Source: Eledone cirrhosa | Taxonomy: Eukaryota | Length of the DNA: 64,000 bases | Direction: 5' to 3' | NCBI GenBank assembly: GCA_964016885.1 | Contig: OZ024747.1 | Span: 41,354,001 to 41,418,000, forward strand | Part shown: positions 26,420 to 39,902 of the stretch, piece after piece | Numbering within the stretch: position 1 is the stretch's first letter | Layout of the letters: each line of letters starts with the position of its first letter | Position numbers and translations under genes: made by a program | The notes under the pieces: model-generated | Told to the model about the DNA's origin: nothing | Databases searched by the model: none | The model's input: the letters and a program-made list of their open reading frames with translations, nothing else

Positions 26420-27310
26420 GATTGTGTTTGTGTGTGTATGGGTGTATCTGTGTGTTTGTGTGTGTGATTGTGTGTGTTTGTGCTCATTCGCGTATGTTTG
26501 TGTATGTGTCTGTATGTGTCTCTGTGTGTGTGTGCTATGTACGTCTATTCTTTAATATGTTCACTATAATCTCTCTCTCTATATATATATATGGATGTTT
26601 CATTTGCAGATGTTATGTTTGTTCTGAATAAAAGCGTCTTTGAGATATTTGTGATTAAGTTGGAATGAACTGATGTTAGTACATTAGGTTAGGCTTTTTC
26701 CATTTCTACCTGTGATTGGGGCTGATATTTGGTAAACGAGCTGCCTTCTTACTTTAAATATCGCCATTAGTAATAATATAAAAATGATGGAGTTTTTAAA
26801 CATCTCATTAAACGTTGTTTGTAGACAAGAAGTACTCTTACAAAATCTTAAATGAAGATATTGTTTACATAACCAGAATCTTAAATAATCTTCGCAATTA
26901 TATAAAACATTGTTAATACATAGAAAAATGTAAGACATTACTATAATATATTTCACGACTAATTGGTCGTCCATAAATAAACAAGTTCTTATCCTTCTGC
27001 CCACAAAGAGAGATATGATCATACATTCGTTTTATGAAGATATTGTATAATTGTATTCATCACTACATCTCCAGACAAATTCACATTTATAAAACAATGC
27101 ACGGCACGCTCCCATAGCTTTCGAGGAAGTCTTAGGGGTGCCATGTTGACATACGGAGTTTCAAGTGACTTTTCATAAAACCATAGTAATCAGAAAAACA
27201 TAACAAATTAGGTTTACATGTTTCTCTAGTAACGGCCACTTATTAATTGACAATTACTCTTAACGTTCCGCCCGCAAAGAAAGATATAGTCCTACATTAT
27301 TCATATAAAA

Positions 27311-27533
27311 GGGCGGTGGATTGGTAAGTATCGGTAGAGTGTCGGATACCATGCTTCATAGCATAGAGTAACAACCCTTTACGTTCTGATTTCAAATCCC
27401 GCTGAGGTTAGCTTTGCCTTTCGTCCTTACGGGGTCGATAAAATAAAGTACCAGTAAGCACTAGGGTCGATTTAATAGACTTTCCTTCCCCAAAAAGTTG
27501 CTGGCTGGCCTCGTGCCTAAAGTAGAACAATTA
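27311..27533 (+). mobile_element. SINE family A with 15-bp TSD
   Basis: TSD attattcatataaaa at 27296-27310 and 27530-27544. Confidence 0.92.
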
Positions 27534-28027
27534 TTCATATAAAACACAAACCAGGGCATAACTGAAATGATCAGTTTAATTTGCATAATGTGCATTCGTC
27601 GGCAGCGATATTAATTAAATAACTTTTAGGCACGATAATATCTAAGTTATCATCCAACAGGATTGTATCGAACCGCACTCCACTGCAATGAATTAGTTTC
27701 AAAGAAATACTAAAATTTCATTTTTTTATAAGATTTGTTTGGAGAAAAGAGTTTAGCCTTTGGCTTTCGCGAGACTTCTGAAACCGAGGCGATCAATTCA
27801 ATGTTCATTTTGAACGATCGCTAATGGACAACTGTATGTAAAGTGGGGTATTCCAGTGGTATCGCATTTAAAGAAGAATGAGTGACCGCTGTGGAGATGT
27901 TATAATATGAGTGATGAAAAAGGAGAGACTGGTAGTAGATGGCAATTGTACACATTTGTACATAAAAACATTCATATTTCATATACATACGAAGAAACAT
28001 ACCTCCTTACTATTAATATATATATAT

Positions 28028-28446
28028 ATATATTGGTAAAAGGAAAAGAAAATGCTGACAAATTGTTCCCAGTGAAAAATAGTTTAATTAGGAATAAGTA
28101 AAAATTAGTAATAAGTATTGGTTAGTATTCAGTTTTGGTTTTAAGTTTTTACCGGTTGCACATTTATAATGCTTTTCAAAAATAATTTTGAGATAGAGCG
28201 CCCGTGATGTTTGCTCTAATCTGATTAGAGCAAACATCACGGGCGCTCTATCTCAAAATTATTTTTGAAAAGCATTAGAAATGCGCAACCGGTAAGAACT
28301 TAAAACCAAAACTGAATACTAACCAATACTTATTACTAATTTTTACTTATTCCTAATTAAACTATTTTTCACTGGGAACAATTTGTCAGCATTTTCTTTT
28401 CCTTTTACCAATATATCATAACTCGTGTGTTACACCTCTATTCTTT

Positions 28447-28450
<4 letters not shown>
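28028..28450. repeat. ~390-bp palindrome (centre 28222) with right-side extension, in (TA)n
   Basis: 194-bp arms, 1-nt loop, about 3 mismatches. Confidence 0.9.
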
Positions 28451-28486
<36 letters not shown>

Positions 28487-28490
<4 letters not shown>

Positions 28491-28790
28491 TGTTATACTT
28501 TGGAGGGTCATGTTGCCAATAAGAAACACACGCACCAGTTGCTTTCACTTCAATTTATTATATATTTATAAATTTACAATTTATAAATTGTGGAAGCAAC
28601 CAACCAACCAGAAATTTATAAGTTTGTAAATTTGTAAATTTGTAAATTTATAAATATATAATAAATTGAAGTGAAAGCAACTGGTGCGTGTGTTTCTTAT
28701 TGGCAACATGACCCTCCCAAAGTATAACAATATCGGTTTCAACACACGATTTCAGATAAAGAATCTTGCTAAACAAATTCAGAAACGAAA
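28487..28790 (+). mobile_element. Fold-back copy of the PLE-1 3' tip
   Basis: Matches 17173-17370; the inverted left arm lacks the terminal ~55 nt; (TA)n flanks. Confidence 0.88.
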
Positions 28791-28830
28791 TATATATATT
28801 ATAATTATATATATATATAAATAGTAAGAT

Positions 28831-28930
<100 letters not shown>

Positions 28931-29692
28931 TCAGGGTTATGCCAGTTTAAATTAGTAAGACCATGATTCAGCAGAGAACTCGATACTTGGGATAGTCGAG
29001 TGAAAATATAATAGAGAATCAGGGCCCGTCGACCTAGCTCTTTCCGTTTCGACAGCAAGTTCTGGAATTTGCTGTCCAAGGGCAAGAGGTCAGTTATATA
29101 TGTGTGTGCGTGTGTATGTGCGTCGCTCTGGTGATTTTACTAACTAGAATAATCGATAACGAGAATTTATGAGGGGTTTATTGGCGGAATCTTCGTCTAC
29201 AATTATAATTGATTTGTTGCAGTTATGAACCATCTATCATATTTTTTAATATATATTCTGTATGGGTGGGATCTAAATGGGTCATATTTTATCTATTTCT
29301 ATGAGCATCACAAGGGTCAAATAAGATTTAATTTATTTCGTTGTTTATGAGGTATAATGATATACATTACTAGTGTTGCTAATTGATAAGTCCAATAGTT
29401 ATTTATTTTCACCGTTTATTTTGAGCGTTGTGACCGTTAGGTTGTATTACTTCAAGCAGGCCTACATTAATAACGGGAGAGGGAATATTTTTGAAAAGCA
29501 TCAATACTAAAGTTTTTGCGTTCTAACAGATTCAGATCTTTTAGTGTTTATACTAATAGAAAATTGATTTAGATTTTCGTTTTGCAAGTAACTGCGGCAT
29601 TACTGTAAATACTGTAAATCCAAATATTGGATTGTTCTGGACTTGTATAACTTAAATGAGTGATCTGCTTGTTTATTCAACAGTTTGCAACA

Positions 29693-29743
<51 letters not shown>

Positions 29744-30120
29744 GAGTGTGTGTGTATTTAGCAAAATTGTTGGATTATTGTCTTGGCGATGTTTAATTAG
29801 TCCTTAATATTTCGGATTAAAACCCCTTCGTCTAAAGTAGAGTTGAAGAAACTAAATCGAAGCAGAATAACTTGTTTTCTTATTTTGGCTGGAATGTGTT
29901 TGCTCTGAAAGCCAACGCAATTTGAAAATAAGCAGCTCGGTGGGTGCATTATTTGCAAAGTTCGATATATAAGCTACCAGTTTGTCTGTTTCAGTACTAA
30001 GTGGATAAACATCGCTGAGGATGGATAAAGATTCTGAACCACGAGTATTTGACTGAGGTAGCTGTGGCATGATTACATCTTAAAATACCTACATCGAGAC
30101 TTATGTATGTTTATTATACA

Positions 30121-30305
30121 GTGGATTGGGAGTATCGGTAGAGGGTCGGACGCCATGCTTTGCAGCACAGTTACGTCCCTTTACAGACTGAGTTCAAATC
30201 CCGCCGAGGTTAACTTTGCTTTTCATCCTTACGGGGTCGATAAAATAAAGTACCAGTAATACACTGGGATAATTGCTGGCCTTGTGCCAAAAAGTAGAAA
30301 CAATT
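30121..30305 (+). mobile_element. SINE family A with 8-bp TSD
   Basis: TSD attataca at 30113-30120 and 30303-30310. Confidence 0.9.
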
Positions 30306-30624
30306 ATACATAAACACATTGTATATACTTCCATACACGTCTCTCTATTTTAGTCCTACTGATAATTAATATTCAGCATGTAAACAAGTAGTAAAAATAT
30401 CTTTAGGGAAAACAAGATTATATATATGTGTGTGGCTGTGCGTGTGTGTGCATGACACATATGCATACATGTATACGTATCTTTCATACAATTGCCTTGT
30501 CACACACTATTTCTATGCTAGTCTGTTTCGCAGAGTCCCGTTTGTGGGGGATGGAAGCTAGATGACAATGAAACTGTATGTGCCGATCGACTTCCTTTCT
30601 GAAAGAATAGATAATTTCATTCAA

Positions 30625-30663
<39 letters not shown>

Positions 30664-30837
30664 TGTCTTATGAATATATTCCCCCTATTCATTTATTTCT
30701 TTAATATCCTTCTGGTATCGATAAAATAAGTAGTATAAAGTAAAATATATTTGCATTTTTCTATTGTATTGAATGCAATCTACGTGATATGTATGCAATA
30801 CTTAGTAGCGGAAATTTCTTAATGTTTTGTTATTAGT

Positions 30838-31120
30838 TGTCCGTGTGACCTAATGGTTAGGGTGTTGGGCTTGCGAAGTTAATGTAGGTGGTTCGATTCC
30901 TGAACAGAGTGGTACGTTGTATTCTTGAGAAAACACTTCATTTCACATAGCTATAATCGATTCAGTTGAAATTTAATACCTGCAGCAACTGAGGTTTAAC
31001 CCTGCGATGGACTGGCAGTCCTGTCCATGGCTTGTCTTGTATTTTCAGTTGCTTAACACTAATGGAACTCGGATAAATACCGGCCAGATAAATCTTCGTG
31101 TCTCTAAGTTTTCTTGTGTT
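30838..31120 (+). mobile_element. Degenerate tRNA-derived SINE (family B)
   Basis: tgacctaatggttag A box, ggttcgattcc B box, downstream aaccctgcgatggactggc block seen in conserved SINE central domains. Confidence 0.65.
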
Positions 31121-31440
31121 GCTTATATATGGATCTGCATCATATTTTTTTTATTGTCAAAAATATATTATTATAAAGATACTTTCAGTTTTAATCCACA
31201 CATTCTGGATATTTCTGTAAATATTCCTTAATCTCTTTTAGAATTTAGAAGTACCATTTATTATAGATAAAATGATTAGAATGTAATTTTTTAGTGATTG
31301 TCTTTGACAACAATATCACATAAATTCGCCTTCATCGTCCTATCTGAGAGTAAAGTCGTTTTGTCATTCGGTGACATATTTTCTGTGATCTGTCTTTCTA
31401 TGGATATTTACTGTATATAAAAGCCCCAACTCTGGCATGC

Positions 31441-31476
<36 letters not shown>

Positions 31477-31480
<4 letters not shown>

Positions 31481-31970
31481 ACGTACATACATATATGTAT
31501 ACAGACGTACAGTAGTATGTATATATATACATACATGCACACATATATATATGTAAGTATGGTTTTACCGACTAACTCACTCGATATGCAAATTAGGCTG
31601 CTCAGTCGTTAATATGCATAAGGAAAGTATATACTTTCAAACGTTCAATCATCTGACAGGAAGGTATACGATGCTGACGATAGCTAATAAGCTTGAAACT
31701 AGTTCATCGTTCCTTTGTCAGTGTTGAACAAAAGAGCAACGATGGTTGCCGAACACTGTACGGCTTAATTAGGGCTGTTTGTTTACAAACAAACCGAACA
31801 TTATAATAAAAGTTCGGTAAACCCATACGTATACATATGTGTGCATGTATGTATATATATACATACTACTGTACGTCTGTATACATATATGTATGTACGT
31901 ATACGTACTTACATTTAAGTATCAGCCGTACTAAGAGTGAGAAATGAAATCTCATTTCATTCTTTTCCAT
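31477..31970 (+). mobile_element. Second insertion of the 24733-25588 HHR family with a short inverted 5' arm
   Basis: 31567-31970 aligns with 25142-25588; 31477-31571 is an inverted copy of about 31814-31905. Confidence 0.85.
31668..31710 (+). ncRNA. Minimal type I hammerhead ribozyme motif
   Basis: acgatg CTGACGA tagctaataagctt GAAA ctag TT catcgt. Confidence 0.85.
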
Positions 31971-32053
31971 ATATATATATCAGCATGCCAAAGTTGGGGC
32001 TTTTATATACTGTAAATATCCATAGAAAGACATATATATGTGGGGGGGGGGTA

Positions 32054-32088
<35 letters not shown>

Positions 32089-32501
32089 GTGTGTGTGCGC
32101 GCGCATTAGCAGTATTTTTCTCACTCACACTCGCTTGAGTCAGTCGCCTTTTTCGTTCGATCACAGACGCTCTCGAACTTATGTTCTGTTACTGCTGTGA
32201 TCTTGGATTCACTCTTCAGTTGGTGCACATTCTTTGATTCGTTGTTTTTTTCGCTGTTTTCTCTTTTCCCCTTTTCCCTTCTATTTTCCTTCCCTCCCTC
32301 CTCCGTTTTCCCAATAACTTACCCGGTTATTGAACGCCCTGAGGGTAGATATATTGTCTTTAAATCGTTGAAAATATCCGAGAGCCCCAGGAGACAACTG
32401 ACGAAGAAACTCCCCACCCCACCCCCCGTTCCTGCTTTCTTCTTAATCTCATTCCATTTTTAAGCCTAACTTAACTAGCAACTACACAGACACCATATTC
32501 T

Positions 32502-32542
<41 letters not shown>

Positions 32543-32574
32543 TAATAATAATAATAGTAATAATAATAAATTTG

Positions 32575-32856
32575 AAGACTAAAATCCAAAGACGGCTCGA
32601 TAAGGATAAATATATATCAAATATATAAGAACCGTAGAGCAAATATTTATTAAAATAACAGATTAAAGTTTAAGCAAAGAATCGCTGCTTTCGCCCTTAA
32701 CGGGATCTTCTGAAACTAACAAAGTCAATCTGTAAACGCAGAAGTGGATATCCACTTCTGCGTTTACAGATTGACTTTGTTAGTTTCAGAAGATCCCGTT
32801 AAGGGCGAAAGCAGCGATTCTTTGCTTAAACTTTAATCTGTTATTTTAATAAATAT
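32575..32856. repeat. Perfect palindrome 32643-32856 (centre ggat|atcc) with left extension
   Basis: 107-bp arms; a single-arm relative occurs at 46751-46850. Confidence 0.9.
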
Positions 32857-32893
32857 ATATATATTATAAAGTTAACGAAGATCGGTGGTATTA

Positions 32894-32952
<59 letters not shown>

Positions 32953-32994
32953 TATATATATATATATATATGAATATATATACATGAAAAACAA

Positions 32995-33095
32995 TGTACT
33001 AGGGAGTCGATACGATCAACTAAATCCCTTGAAGGCGGTGCCCCAGCATAGCCGCAGTCCAATCACTGAAACCAGTAAACGTATACAAGAGTAAA
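32995..33095 (+). mobile_element. 3' fragment of a SINE
   Basis: cttgaaggcggtgccccagcatagccgcagtccaatcactgaaaccagtaaa, a SINE-type 3' end. Confidence 0.6.
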
Positions 33096-33974
33096 AAAGT
33101 AAAAGAATTTATAGAAATAAAGTAAAACAAAACAAATAAATTATATATTTGCATATGTTCCACTAATTTGGTTGCATGACTACTAGGAAACCCATTGAAT
33201 GGCTATAATATTGAGCCTGTAGTGTATGTAACTCTTTCTGTAGTCTTAGGAACATCCATCACTCTCCAGGTCTGAACACTGCCAATTTCTTCCGAAGAAC
33301 GGGAGGATGTGATAGAGATGAAGTGTGAAAGAGTTATAAAGAAAATTGGTACTTTTTTTATCAACCTCGATAGGATGAAAGGTAAAGTTGATCTATCTGA
33401 CATTCTGACTCTACAATTTCGTCGCCTTCTAGACTAACATATATTACCAAACCATATTTATATTTAGAATTTATATTTCGTTACTATAAACTTTACGGTC
33501 AAATCTCGAATAGGAAAAAAGTTTTGGGTGTTGTTTTTTTCTCGCTTTTATGGACGCTATATTTTGGGAATATATGATTATCGGTTTCAAAATCGAACTC
33601 GCTGCTTATGTATGTATTTATGGAAGAAAATATACATTATTTATATATCGTGGTGCAGACATTGATTTTGGCTATCGATTCTTCATAAAGTTTTCTTAAT
33701 GGGGTGATATTATTTATCTCTGCAGTGTTTGGTTACATTTATATCTTTTGTTAATAACAAATGAGAGTTTCGTCCTAAAATAATCTACAATCGACCTCTT
33801 AATACAGCAATATGGATATTCGAAATATTATAGCATATTTTGCTTCGGGGAATACCTTAAGCGTCAAATATAAACTAATTCGTTAAACAGAACACAATTT
33901 ACTACGTTTTTAATTCTAACTGCATGAAAAATGGGCGGTTCACCTGTGGTCCTATTATGTGAGTCTAGTTCATG

Positions 33975-34260
33975 ATCATCTTCAGTCCTGGAAAGTCCGT
34001 TGTTGGACATAGGCCTTCCCCGATCTGTGCCATCTCTGGCGATCTTGACCCATTTTTTATGGTGACATGATAAAACCTTTCCATCTCACACGATCAAACA
34101 TTAACTGCCTCAGTTCTTCATCAGATAGTTCTGTATCTTCCTCAATGACTCTCTTTAATGTCTTGAGACATATTACGCATATGCGTTTCATGTTTCTGGA
34201 CTCTCATAATAAAAGTTGTGTAGCAGGTTCGTTGCCTCTCATAAAATGACATGCAAATTA
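33975..34260 (-). pseudogene. Degraded 3' end of an RTE-like LINE
   Basis: Minus-strand remnants QDRQRW and AYVQQRT, typical of RTE C-termini. Confidence 0.45.
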
Positions 34261-34594
34261 GAGACACCTGACATGGATGGTATGGCTAATAGGCGGGAGG
34301 TTGCTGTAGAGAATTTTGTTTGTAACGCGGTCGGCTACCAGCAAATGATCTTATATAGGAGATTTGTCTCTGTTGCAATTCGTTTTCGTGAATAAAATTG
34401 TCTAAATTTCACTAGAAACGCACAACGTCGTTTGTAAGACCGAAACTAAAACGTTTGAACTGGATCAATTGACTGTCTGCCTCGAAAGCAGGAAATACCT
34501 TATTAACGGAAGTCAAAGCTCCGCAGAAGTATGTGCTATATAGTTCCAATAACATTAATTAACCTGTAATATATTATGCTAAGTCGTCTAAAAT

Positions 34595-34740
34595 CAGCGG
34601 AGTCGCTGAAATGTCGAATAGAGTGCTTTGAAGTATTTGTTCCGGTTCTCTACGCTCTGAGTTCAAATCCCGCCGATGTCAACTTTGCCTTTCATCCTTT
34701 CGAAGTCGATAAAAATGTACCAATTCAGTAGTGGCGTCGA
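34595..34740 (+). mobile_element. Degenerate SINE family A
   Basis: ctgagttcaaatcccgccgatgtcaactttgcctttcatcctttcgaagtcgataaaa. Confidence 0.75.
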
Positions 34741-35714
34741 TTCTTCCTTTTATTTTCTTTCTATCACTCTCACCCCTCCTTTCCTCCCTCTCTCTTTCTC
34801 GCGGCAGTGTTCAGACCTAGAGAGATGGGCTCCATCAAGTATAAAAAGCTCAAGACATGCTCTATATCACTACGACACCCTTACGGCTCCATTGGGTGTT
34901 ATGTGTTCATACATACAAGTGGTCTAAACTGGACGATAGATAAACGTCAACGTTAATTGAATCTGTTTATAGTTTCTGAGTAGTAAATTGTTAACTTCTT
35001 TTTACTGTTGCCCTTAACAATATGTATTTGTGCTCACTACGGTGATATACTTGACTCTATAATGTCTTCTTGACTCTATAAAGTCTTCCATTTCGATCTA
35101 ATCAACTCAGATTCAGATTATTTAAACTTACAGGATTTCTCAATTACATGTTTAATATCTGGTGGATTCATTTTTAGCGAAACCTGAGAGTATACCTCCT
35201 AAAGTCGAAGCTGGTATCTACCTAATTTATGATGTTCTACTGACAGAACAATCAGAAACCACAGTTTGTAAAGTATTTATAGCAAGCAGCAAGCAGAAGC
35301 AGCAGCTACCGAATATCATGGTGATTCAACATTTTCTATTATTATAATAGCTTAAAATTATCACCAATTTCTTGCATCAGTATATCCTCGTACAATATAC
35401 ACTACAGCCTCGAAGAAAGACAAAAATAGCATTACTGTCTATTTGGTTAAGTTTTAATACGAATGCCATTGTATATCTCCAGACTAAGTGTATTAAATGA
35501 TAAATGATTGTATTAAATTAGATGAAATTGCGTAATTATAACTCTCAGAATTTGATTGACTACTAAGTGAGCATTAGGAATTTTCGTTTAATATATTTTT
35601 ATTGTGAATACGTTTAAAATATTATCGCTGGTGATCGTTAGAGAATTTGTTTTGCATTATGATGCTAAAACTCTTTTGGTTCTAATTAGTTGTAAATATT
35701 ATTTCTATATGGAA

Positions 35715-35920
35715 ATAGAATTGATTAGTAGAATTAGTAGAGCCTCGAAGAAAATGCATTTGCGGTATTTGTTCTGGTTCTTTGCATTCAGAGTTCAAAT
35801 CTCACCAAGCGCAACATTACCTTACACTCTTCCGGGATCGTTAAAATGAAGTACCAGTCAAATACGGGGTTGATTTAACCAACTTGGTCCTTCCTCGACC
35901 TTGTGCTAGAACTAGAAATC
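35715..35920 (+). mobile_element. Degenerate SINE family A
   Basis: gagttcaaatc B box, aagtaccagtc, cttgtgctagaactagaaa. Confidence 0.55.
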
Positions 35921-36444
35921 ATATAAGATAGGAAAACATAAATTACATTAGTGAAATTTCGTGGCCCAACCGAGATTTGAAAGTCGGTTCATTCAGATCC
36001 CTGACAGCTCCCTAATGGATGCATTGTTTATTTTCTTTTCATTGTAAATTTATAGGCTCTAACATACTCGCTTCAAACGAAAACATTTAAATGGCTTCGG
36101 TTGCTGTGAAAATAACTTAGAAGGTACGTATATACATAAATGATTGTTAAATAGAAGACCAGAAAGATACATAAAGAGCTAGATAGCTAGATAGCTAGAT
36201 AGATATGTTTCTTTATTAGCCACAGGGGCACAAAAGAAGAGGACAAATACAAAGGGGGAAGTTTACATACAATAAAAACGTCTAAAATATTATCACAAAT
36301 GCAATTTAAAAAATTAGTCGATTTTCCCCAATAGGGGGAGACAGTTCATATGGGTAACACATACCCCCGAAAAGATGTGCAACCCTCATCTCCAGGAGTA
36401 CGAAGAGTTTGTACCCCTTTCCTCTCTTCCTCTTTTTCCTCAAC

Positions 36445-39400
36445 CTACAGGCTGATATAGAGAGAAGGCCCATTCACTCGGGCCATTCTCGCCACTTTCA
36501 CCCACCTTTCATAAAACTTGCTGGGGTACAGCACCTCTCTCTCCATCCTGATTCTTCTTCCAAAGTGATATTTGAAAAAAAGAATCAGTTGTTGGCCGGA
36601 GAAAAAGGTGTCTGATCTCAGCCCTTTCAACCTTGTCCACCATACAACCTCTTTCGCCATAGCTATCACACAAAGGAAAACCGCCTCTCCTTCGTTTTGG
36701 AAGAAGGGTGGTGTTTTGATCATGACAATGGACTCGGTGGTCAACCGGATTGGTCCCACCCGCGACAATAGTCGTTCTACATATCCCCACAGGTCAGTGA
36801 TGCCCGGGCAGTGTATGAATGCGTGCGCGACGGTTTCTTCGTCTCGCACGCACCTCGGACAGATCTTTTTTGCAGGGTCCCTGCCCGGGCGCCCATGTCT
36901 GTAGAGCTTGTCTCGAACTAGTAGAGCTCCTCGGTAGCACTGCCAGGCCAGGGACTTTTGGAAATTGTCCATCCGTCCCGGGCGGAAGGTCCTACCGAAC
37001 AGACTGGCCAGTTCATCTTCCTCTACGCCTAGAGTTTCACCGAACGCGTCGTCGCACTTGCTGCGGATCAACCCTCTATAGAATGACGAAGTGGAGTCTC
37101 CACTGATCGCCGGGTCCGCCTGCCAGAGGGCTGTGAGCGCCTGAGCACATTCGATGTGCCAGTCGCCCATTTTCCTCGGTCTTTGCTGGACCCAGGACTG
37201 CAGCTCGGTCAGCGAGACGAGTCGTGGGAAGGCCGCCTCACGAACGGGGCCCACACCGGTTGTCCGGTGAGGAATACGTAGAGATGTCCGGTGAGGAATA
37301 CGTAGAGATTCCACAGCCTGAGAGCGTGTTTGCGCATCGTCAGCCACGGCATCCCCAGCCCTCCGTTAGAAGGGTGTTGACAGCAGATGGATCTTCTCAC
37401 CAAAGGAGCCCACCGCTTCCAAAGGAATTGGAAGAGCGCGCGCTCCATTTTGGTGAGCGTTTTGGCTGGACAAGGCACGACAGTCAAGCGGTAGTAGATG
37501 GCGGACACTATAAAAGTGTTCGCCACCTCCGCTCGACCTTTCAAGGATAGTTTGCACTCGGCCCACTTCTGGGTGAGTGCAAACACCTTGGCCGTCACTT
37601 CGTTCCCGTTCTTCTCCACCTGGAGGTCCGGACCAAACCAGACCCCGAGCAGCTTTACCGGTCCTTCCGTCCAGCGTCCGACGACGCCATCGGAAGGCAT
37701 CGGTTTGCCTCTCCACGATCCGAGTTGCAAACCGATGGACTTGTCCCGGTTCAGCTTCGCTCCTGTGAAACTTTCGTATTCCTTCAATAAGGTGCCGACT
37801 TCCTCGATTTGCGAGGCGGACGACACCATTACTGTCACGTCGTCGGCGTAGGCCGACGCCGCTTTCCGCAGTCCCGGTTCCAGAGGGATGCCCTGCAATA
37901 GCTCCAACTTCCGCAGTAGTGGCTCGAGAGTCAGTACGTACAGGAGGGAGGAGAGAGGGCATCCCTGTCGAATGGATCGCGTAATATGGAACGGCTCCGA
38001 GAGGTAGCCGTTCACCTTGATCCTTGAGCAGATGTTGCTGTTGTGCATTGCAGCAATCCAGCCCCTGAAAACGGGTCCGAAGCCTGCCGCCTCGAGCACC
38101 GCATCCAGGTAACGATGGTCAACCCTATCGAAAGCCTTAGACTGATCCAAGTTGATCAGGGCCCCACCGAAGCCGGGTTTACACCCTACCCTCTCTATGA
38201 TGTATCGCATGAGGTGGAGGTTGTCGTGTATGGACCTGGTCGGGATTGCGCATGTCTGCGCTTCTCCCACCAGGTTCCCGACGACAAGCGCCAGCCTCTT
38301 TGCCAACACCTTGGCCAAAATCTGTAACTCTGTGTTTAACAGAGTTATGGGCCGGAAGTTGCCTATGTCATCCCCCTTATTCTCGTCCTTCCTGACTAGT
38401 GTGACGACGCCCCCGGTCACAGAACTGGGAATTCTCCCGTTCTGTTGCCAGTTGCAGTAGACCACTTCCAGGATACCGGAGAATAAGTCCGGCATTGCTA
38501 CGTAAAATTCGTAGAGTAGACCGTCGAGACCTAGAGATTTGCATTTGCCGCATTGGCTCAGCGCGGCCCATATCTCAGCGACTGAAATCGGCTTTTCGCA
38601 GAACTTTGCCTCGCTGTCCGAGAGTCGCGGTAGGCCGTCGAGGTATGGACCGAAATCCATAGCCCCTCCCGGCGCGCCGCCCCGCCCGAACAGTTGAGCA
38701 AAGTGCCGCTGAAAGGCCGCACACATCTGCTTCGGCTCACGTATCACGCGTCCGTTTTGGTCCTTCAAAGACAGAATCGTGGACTTGTTGGCACTTTTTG
38801 CCTCCGTCACTCGGGCCCAGCTAACAGCTTTGGCTCCCTCGTTTCCCAGAGCACGTATTTTGCTTCTGACAACGCAGCCCTCGTGCTTTGCGTCGAAGAA
38901 CTGGTCCAAGGCCGTTCTCGTTGCTAGCACGCTGGCTACGTTGCCACTTCTAATTGCCTGTTCTACTTTATCTACCAGTTCCTTTTCGGTTCTATTTCTA
39001 TCTAACGCTAATTCTTTACTAAAAACTAACCATCTGTTGTTGACAATGGCCCCTGTTAAGTGCTGTTTAACCAAAGTGCTAATCCGTCTACTGTAGGCTT
39101 TCCTTGTCGGTAACGACAAGTTCAGCTTCCAGTAGCCGGGTCCTTGTCTATGGGTTCTATCAAGGTTGGCCATGCAGTTCACTAGTTTGTGATCTGAATA
39201 GGCAACCATGAACATTTGTGGACAGCTTAACATGTCCCTATCCTTATTTCTAACTAGAACCCTATCTACGTACGATCTAGATGTTCCGCTAAGATTAGTC
39301 CACGTCCACAGTGGCACAGTCGGAAAATCTAGTCGATATCTATCGGCCAGGTCAAATCGGTCGATTAACTGTTTGAGGCTGTTACACCCCCCTTTATCGG

Positions 39401-39869
39401 GACATGCTCCCACATAGTCCCAACGTGCATCTAGGATTCCATTCCAGTATCCCACTAAAAGCAAGGAGCGCGACGTTCCCAGAAAAGTCTCTAGACGTTT
39501 GAAGAAGTCTGGCCGCGGTGTCCAGGATGGGGCATATGCAGCCACCAGCCTGAAGGCTCCACCTTCACTACCGTCAACGTCTAGGACCACCAGTCGACCA
39601 TCCGGGTCCAGATGTACCGTCTGTGTTACGAGGCTCAGGTGTTTTCCCAGCAAAACGGCAACCCCGCCCCCACCCACCGGCCGACAGAGAGATGCGTAGA
39701 TCTCAAAGTCATCGAAGCTGGGGGCTAGCTGTCGCTCGCTGTGGATCCTGGACTCGCAAATGGCTACTACATCCATACTGTGCGACCTGAGGTCGTTTAA
39801 GAGTTTGCCCTGTTTCCAGGGCATCCCCAGGCCGCGTATGCTCACACATCCAACTCTTATATTGGCCAT
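36445..39869 (-). pseudogene. LINE ORF2: AP endonuclease, RT and C-terminal CxxC..H..C domain
   Basis: SDH, FRPITLLN, DQSKAFDRV, QGCPLS, YADD, CPRC..ET..H..C; frameshift near 37235; catalytic GDWN mutated to GYWN; 24-bp duplication 37261-37308. Confidence 0.92.
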
Positions 39870-39902
39870 GTTGGTGCTGAAAAGTTAAAAGAGGAAAAGA
39901 AA

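Noticed and set aside
30838-30905. tRNA-like sequences (also 49815-49880)
   Set aside because: SINE heads with degenerate cloverleaf, followed by SINE bodies and TSDs; not functional tRNA genes
32140-32410. CTGAAGA (minus) and CTGAGGG/CTGACGA (plus) partial cores
   Set aside because: Could not close stems I and III; at best decayed
37261-37308. 24-bp in-frame tandem duplication in LINE ORF2
   Set aside because: Absent from copies 2 and 4; copy-specific mutation in an already dead element
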